DNA of 32,000 nucleotides from Promethearchaeota archaeon (GTDB taxonomy: Archaea > Asgardarchaeota > Lokiarchaeia > Sigyniarchaeales > Promethearchaeaceae). Positions 26,781-32,000 of the stretch are shown here, piece after piece. Made by a program: the position numbers and the translations under genes. The stretch lies in the NCBI GenBank assembly GCA_016933055.1, contig JAFGBS010000004.1, positions 270,001-302,000 of the forward strand. Direction: 5' to 3'. How positions within the stretch are numbered: position 1 is the stretch's first letter; the number at the start of each line of letters is the position of its first letter. The notes below the pieces were generated by a model. The model did not search any database. It was not told where the DNA came from and worked only from the letters and a program-made list of their open reading frames with translations.

Positions 26781-27635
26781 TTACTCTTTATATCGTATTC
26801 CGCTCAATGCTAATAAGAGAATTCCCGGTCCATACACCATCCAGACTAATTGAAACGCAACTGATGATGCTAAACCTATTTGAACATTAAATATTTCTCC
26901 TACAACTTCTGTTAAATACCAAAGAGTCACTCCAATTGCCGCAAAAATTCCGTTTCTTTTTGGATATAATTTATATCGCACTGCCTCCCATGCAATCCAT
27001 GTGTTTGTCGTAAAAAAGAGTGTGTATACGGGACCGATAATGAGATGGTCAATAACCGCCATATCTTTCCATAAAATTGTTATGGCGACAACGGCAGATC
27101 CGTAAATCAAAATAGGGAGCCATAATTTTTGGAAAATAGTTTTCTTAGGTAACAGGTCTCGTGAACTTTTTCTCCAGTAGGGAAATTTCCTTCCATGTCG
27201 AAATAATAATAAGAAATGGGCGAATATTGAAAGTACTCCTCCCACCATGAAAATTGGGGTAGATGCATCTAATCCTGGAGCGAGATCTATTATTCGCATA
27301 ATGATATCAGTCGGCACCATACATAGAAATGCACCAAAAAGTAATATCCAATCTTTTTTATCAATTCGATTGTCAAGCACAATTAGTACTATAAATAAAC
27401 ATAGCACGGAATTTCCGGATTTTGCCACCCCTGTGAATAATGTCTGTTTCAAACCAAACGGTTTTGGATATTCCATACCCACGAAGATGATTTCCTCATA
27501 AAGAAACACCATCCAATCTACTGCAAAAATGGCTCCCATGAGCAATATATTGACACACACTATCACAAGCACCCAAGTGAGTTTCTTTCCAGTAATTGGT
27601 TGTTCAAATTTTCCTAGAGTAGTTGTTTCTGTCAT
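26781..27635 (-). CDS. Polytopic membrane protein, possibly YhhN/lysoplasmalogenase-like
   Basis: About 7-8 hydrophobic segments; AF..MVPTDII ... LSIFAHFLL loosely resembles the YhhN GD/AH pattern. Confidence 0.55.
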   Translation of the reverse strand: MTETTTLGKFEQPITGKKLTWVLVIVCVNILLMGAIFAVDWMVFLYEEIIFVGMEYPKPFGLKQTLFTGVAKSGNSVLCLFIVLIVLDNRIDKKDWILLFGAFLCMVPTDIIMRIIDLAPGLDASTPIFMVGGVLSIFAHFLLLFRHGRKFPYWRKSSRDLLPKKTIFQKLWLPILIYGSAVVAITILWKDMAVIDHLIIGPVYTLFFTTNTWIAWEAVRYKLYPKRNGIFAAIGVTLWYLTEVVGEIFNVQIGLASSVAFQLVWMVYGPGILLLALSGIRYKE

Positions 27636-27733
27636 GATCGTATGGTCGTTGACTTATTATAAAAATTTATCAATCTGTTGTGGATCAAAAAGAACTATGA
27701 AGATTTTTCAATAATGTCAACCAATTTCTGGAT

Positions 27734-28882
27734 ATGAAACCCATAAACGAAGAAAAATTCAAAAAAATTATTGATTTTCTCACCGAACATGCTATTGATT
27801 TCTTGCTTATTTCAGACTATGAAAACGCTAATGATGTAAATATGCAGTATTTGACGGGTCATCCTATGGATGCAACCGTCATTGTAACTCAGAAAGGAGA
27901 GACATATCTGGTTCCTTGGGATGTCGCTTTAGCACAAAAATATGCAGAAGTAGATGAAATATTCGATTTGATGAATTATGAACACAGTCAGATAAAATTT
28001 CTTCACACATTCATCGAGGAAAAAATTCAGAAACACAAAGTGACGGTGGGATTAAATTCTTCCACCTCTTTTGGCAGTTTAGTGATGTTCAAAAAAGCCA
28101 TCCCCCATATGGAGATCTTCCAGGAACCAATGTTAATTAGTAATTTATTAGGGGACCTACGAACAACCAAATCTGCCGCAGAATTGGAATTACTTAGAGA
28201 AGCTGCTAATATAGGGAATCAAACTATTCCCGAAATAGAAAATTTTGCTATGAATGCGACCGATGAAACAGAAAATGATCTTGATTTTTTCGTTCGTAAG
28301 AAAATGGCATCATTAGGTGCAGAAGATGTTGCATTTCCGACCCTAGTGGGAAGCTCTACTAGAGCGCATAATATTCACTGCCACCCTTCTGCGAGTAATG
28401 CAAAGTTCGCCACCCCTGGATTAGCATTGATCGATTTTGGCGCTAAATATAAAGGATATCATTCAGATATTACTGTCCCCATTAGTTTTGGAGAGTTAAC
28501 TGCAGAACAAACCAAAATCCGCGATTTGACACAAAAAGCATATGACGCAGCAATGGAAATTCTTGACATAGGAGTTCCTTTATGGAAAGTCCATGAAGCT
28601 GCGATTAAAGTAATACAAGAAGGGGGTTATAACATGCCTCATTCTCTCGGTCACGGATTAGGATTAGCAACTCATGATGCTCCTCATCTCGGTTCGAAAC
28701 CAACTAATCCTATCGCACTCCAATACTGGAAAGAAACCAAAGCTCAAAACGGAATGGTGTTTACCATTGAGCCGGGAGTATACAAAGAAGGTTTGGGCGG
28801 TCAACGCCTTGAAAACGATGTTATCATATGGAATGATAGAGTAGAAGTGATTACCAAATCTCGATTTATAACCGTACTATAA
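27734..28882 (+). CDS. Xaa-Pro aminopeptidase/prolidase (M24B)
   Basis: DFGAKYKGYHSDIT, HSLGHGLGLATHD, TIEPGVY and RLEND metal-ligand motifs. Confidence 0.92.
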   Translation: MKPINEEKFKKIIDFLTEHAIDFLLISDYENANDVNMQYLTGHPMDATVIVTQKGETYLVPWDVALAQKYAEVDEIFDLMNYEHSQIKFLHTFIEEKIQKHKVTVGLNSSTSFGSLVMFKKAIPHMEIFQEPMLISNLLGDLRTTKSAAELELLREAANIGNQTIPEIENFAMNATDETENDLDFFVRKKMASLGAEDVAFPTLVGSSTRAHNIHCHPSASNAKFATPGLALIDFGAKYKGYHSDITVPISFGELTAEQTKIRDLTQKAYDAAMEILDIGVPLWKVHEAAIKVIQEGGYNMPHSLGHGLGLATHDAPHLGSKPTNPIALQYWKETKAQNGMVFTIEPGVYKEGLGGQRLENDVIIWNDRVEVITKSRFITVL

Positions 28883-28906
28883 ATTTTAGTATTTTTTTTT
28901 TAATTC

Positions 28907-29542
28907 TCAAAATAAACCATGATCATTGATAGTGCTTGTAAAATCTCTCTTAAAGTCGAGAATTCCGGTTCCATATAAGGCGGATACTTCATAATATGTC
29001 ATTTTATTTGTTGCTGCAAAATCCATACCTTCCTCTCTGGTAATTGCTCGATACGGACTATCAATTTTATTAGCGATTAGGTATATCTTTATAGCTTGTT
29101 CTTCTTTTACATATTTCAACCATGTGCTTAAATTTATGAAGGAATGAAACCATTCAACTGAATATATCAAAATTACAATATGTGCGGCATGAAAAAACTG
29201 ATCTTGGAAATGTCGAAATTGATCTTGCCCTCCAAGATCCCATAAGAAAGCATAAGTAGGACGATCATTAATCATATCAATTTTGTGAAAATCAACCCCG
29301 AAAGTCATTTTCTGGACTTCATCTTCCCGTAAGGTACCAGCTAATCTTTTAGACAATGTAGTTTTCCCAACTGCACCATCTCCTGCCACGATAACCTTGT
29401 AATATTTGATGGGAATTTCGTTGTTCGATGCGTTATTCACCATACCATCCACTTCACATATAATAAAATGATGAAAATCCGTTATCTTGAGGATCTTTTC
29501 CATATTTATATTTAAATTTGATACATTGTAGTATTTTACCAA
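28907..29542 (-). CDS. Rab-like small GTPase
   Basis: G1 GDGAVGKT, G2 TFGVDF, G3 WDLGGQ, G4 NKID, G5 EVSAL. The real start may be ATG 29503 or 29443. No C-terminal prenylation cysteine. Confidence 0.93.
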   Translation of the reverse strand: MVKYYNVSNLNINMEKILKITDFHHFIICEVDGMVNNASNNEIPIKYYKVIVAGDGAVGKTTLSKRLAGTLREDEVQKMTFGVDFHKIDMINDRPTYAFLWDLGGQDQFRHFQDQFFHAAHIVILIYSVEWFHSFINLSTWLKYVKEEQAIKIYLIANKIDSPYRAITREEGMDFAATNKMTYYEVSALYGTGILDFKRDFTSTINDHGLF

Positions 29543-29688
29543 CCTATCAAACTTACGACAAAATATCTACCTACTATACACTATAGAGAAATCTGGGATA
29601 AGGATCTTAGAAGAAAGATACTTGGTAATTTTTAAGATATCGTAGTGCGAAAATTAAAAAGAAGTAAAAAAATAGATGTTAAATTTTC

Positions 29689-30834
29689 TTAGAAGCATCG
29701 GTGGATAACAGATGCACCTAATTCTTTATATTCTCTTCGAGATACCCACATTCGCTGGAAGGTTTTCAATGATGCTAAGATAGAACCACCAATCCAGACA
29801 GAATACATACGTTCGGGTGGGGCAATGACTTTTACTTCGACAGATTCTGCAACCTGTTGTTTAATTTCTCTGGTTAATCTTTCCTTCAATCCAGGATACA
29901 TTGTGGAACCACCAGATAATACTATGTTCGCATAAAGGTCACGTCGCAAGTCCACATCACAACCTTTAATAGAATTACACAAAACATCATCTAAGGGTTC
30001 TAACTCTTTTCCAATCACGGATGGATTGAAAAAGCATTCTGGTGCTAGGAAGCGTTCAACGCCCACGGTAATGGTTTCTCCATCGGGTAGCATATAGACT
30101 TTCTCGTTTCCAGAAATCTTTTTGGAAAGCATGATCTCTTTCTCCGGATCTAATGCAACATAACAGAGTTTCTCTTTAATATCTCGGACAATTTCTTTTT
30201 CTGCGGATGTAGTAAAACTGAATCCTTTTTGTCGAAGTAATCGTTGTAGGTAGGTAGTAATGTCTCGTCCTGCTAAATCCAACCGGGCGATTGCATGAGA
30301 TAATGCGAACCCTTCATAGATTGGCACGACGTGGGATACACCGTCTCCAATATCCAGTACACAACCCGTAGTACGACCGGATGCATATAAGGATAGTACT
30401 GCTTGCATTGCTACGTATATCGCGGGGGTGTTAAATGTCTCAAACATAATTTCAGCCATGCGTTCTCGATTTGGACGTGGATTCAATGGTGCCTCGGTTA
30501 ATAAAACCGGATGTTCTGATGGATCAACACGTAAATCGGTGTAGAACGTGTAATGCCAGATCTTCTCCATGGCTAACCAATCTTCAATGATACCGTGCTC
30601 AACAGGGAACATTAATTTCAAAACCCCTTTCAATTGAAGAGCTTCTTCACCAATGTAGTATTCCCGTGTGTAGTGTTCGACGTCAGTCATGATTGAAGTA
30701 TATTTTGGATAGCCAATTAGTGTTGGAAATACAGATCTTGGCTGATCTTCTCCCGCAAACCCGTTCTTAGAAATACCTGTACCGTTGTCGACAACTAATG
30801 GTTTGGCCGACAAAAAATCTTGATCTTCTGCCAT
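29689..30834 (-). CDS. Actin (Lokiactin-type)
   Basis: [93 protein letters not shown] and C-terminal IHRCF. Confidence 0.97.
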   Translation of the reverse strand: MAEDQDFLSAKPLVVDNGTGISKNGFAGEDQPRSVFPTLIGYPKYTSIMTDVEHYTREYYIGEEALQLKGVLKLMFPVEHGIIEDWLAMEKIWHYTFYTDLRVDPSEHPVLLTEAPLNPRPNRERMAEIMFETFNTPAIYVAMQAVLSLYASGRTTGCVLDIGDGVSHVVPIYEGFALSHAIARLDLAGRDITTYLQRLLRQKGFSFTTSAEKEIVRDIKEKLCYVALDPEKEIMLSKKISGNEKVYMLPDGETITVGVERFLAPECFFNPSVIGKELEPLDDVLCNSIKGCDVDLRRDLYANIVLSGGSTMYPGLKERLTREIKQQVAESVEVKVIAPPERMYSVWIGGSILASLKTFQRMWVSRREYKELGASVIHRCF

Positions 30835-31116
30835 AATTTATAACCTACAGTTTTTGGTTTTTGGATAATTATACTAAGATTATTATCTTGAGGAATAGTT
30901 ATTTGTTCTTACCTAAATGAATTAGCTTGTTTAGAGAAATTTTATCGGATAGAAATTTGATCTTAAATCCGTTTCTCCAATCTAAGTTTTATTTTCCTCA
31001 TAGATAACATCTTGTATTTTGAATGAAAAATGAAAAATTGACTGGATTAATCTTATTCCAAGGGATAATTTACTGTGGTATGGTCAACTTGCTATTATAA
31101 GTGAAGAAGAAAAACA

Positions 31117-32000
31117 TTAAAGAAACAACTTTTCCTTGCTTTTATACTTCACATCTTCCATGGCATCCCGAATGGCAATCAAATCCGAATTCGGGTCCAC
31201 ATACTTCTTTTTTGAACCCACTTCTAAATCAACCGCACAGATTTGGGTGCCATTCAAACTGGACATTTTTCCATAGACTCCATCGATCAGCATACTCATC
31301 GCATGATAGCCATATCTAAGTCCTGTTATTCTATCATACACGTTGGGGGTACCTGCCCTCATCGTATGCCCCAGAACTACGGAGCGTACTTCAAAATTAA
31401 CATAGTGCTGTTCAAAGAATTGTTTCAGTTCTTTTGTCCTCTTGATCTGTTTTGCGATTTTATCTGCAATTTTTAATGCATGAAGTTCTGGGTGACCGAA
31501 AGTATCCTTTGGAAGATTATTTATGTCCTCTGCTGATATCACAGTGAAATCCCGTTCTAAGGATTCCATACTGGGATATGCACCTTCAGCACATGCAATA
31601 ATGTGGTAAGTATATCCTGCCCTAACTCGTTCTCGCAAAACTTCAATAACATCTCGTTGAAAATCGAAAGGAGTTTCTGGTAGTAGAATAATATCCGCAC
31701 CTGAGGACAATCCGCTAAACAAAGTCAGCCAACCTGCGTCTCTTCCCATAATTTCTACTACAAAAATTCTCTGGTGGCTATGAGCGGTCGTTGTAATACT
31801 ATCAAGGGAATTACTTGCCAATTGAGCGCTAGAAAAAAATCCAAAGGTATAATCGGTTCCTGCTAGATCATTATCAATGGTTTTTGGACACGCAACGACT
31901 TTGGCATTTGTATATTTATATAGTGCTGCTCCCACTCCGCATGTATCATCTCCACCGATAATAATAAGGGCATCTAAACCTATAATATGCATCTTTGCTT
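31117..32000 (-). CDS. pfp: 6-phosphofructokinase, PPi-dependent type (partial, 5' end beyond the window)
   Basis: GGDDT, PKTIDND, VEIMGRDAGWL and LGHTMRAG. The frame is open to the window edge. Confidence 0.88.
   Translation of the reverse strand, partial: AKMHIIGLDALIIIGGDDTCGVGAALYKYTNAKVVACPKTIDNDLAGTDYTFGFFSSAQLASNSLDSITTTAHSHQRIFVVEIMGRDAGWLTLFSGLSSGADIILLPETPFDFQRDVIEVLRERVRAGYTYHIIACAEGAYPSMESLERDFTVISAEDINNLPKDTFGHPELHALKIADKIAKQIKRTKELKQFFEQHYVNFEVRSVVLGHTMRAGTPNVYDRITGLRYGYHAMSMLIDGVYGKMSSLNGTQICAVDLEVGSKKKYVDPNSDLIAIRDAMEDVKYKSKEKLFL

Noticed and set aside
2617-31476. Numerous short tracked ORFs nested antisense or out of frame within larger genes (e.g. 2617-2934, 3109-3339, 8243-8826, 12364-12648, 17921-18384, 25585-25797, 27247-27501, 31101-31476)
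   Set aside because: They are shadow ORFs of well-supported genes, with no recognisable motifs.

Overview
AT-rich archaeal chromosomal window that looks like an Asgard archaeon (Lokiarchaeia-like). The lineage call rests on a Lokiactin-type actin, a Rab-like small GTPase, a roadblock/LC7 protein, an EMC6-like membrane protein, an MPN/JAB protein, Rqc2/NEMF and an archaeal tRNA-Ser(GCT). Metabolic content: a 2-oxoacid:ferredoxin oxidoreductase operon, a GH29 fucosidase/MFS/AKR/Zn-ADH sugar cluster, a phytoene-desaturase-like oxidoreductase, an M24 peptidase and a PPi-type PFK. There are also two DNA methyltransferases with no adjacent restriction nuclease. The most striking observation is that the oxidoreductase beta subunit is circularly permuted: the C-terminal half comes first, the split falls inside the TPP/Mg motif, and all four Fe-S cysteines are retained. 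It lies in an operon with a gamma-delta fusion whose true start is CTG or frameshifted. Features missing from the ORF track include a textbook double-guide box C/D sRNA (402-473), a CdrS/CopG-like ribbon-helix-helix gene (6755-6919), a decayed small-GTPase remnant (15329-15536) and an amber-interrupted zinc-ribbon frame (23516-23737). All family assignments come from motif recognition, not database searches.
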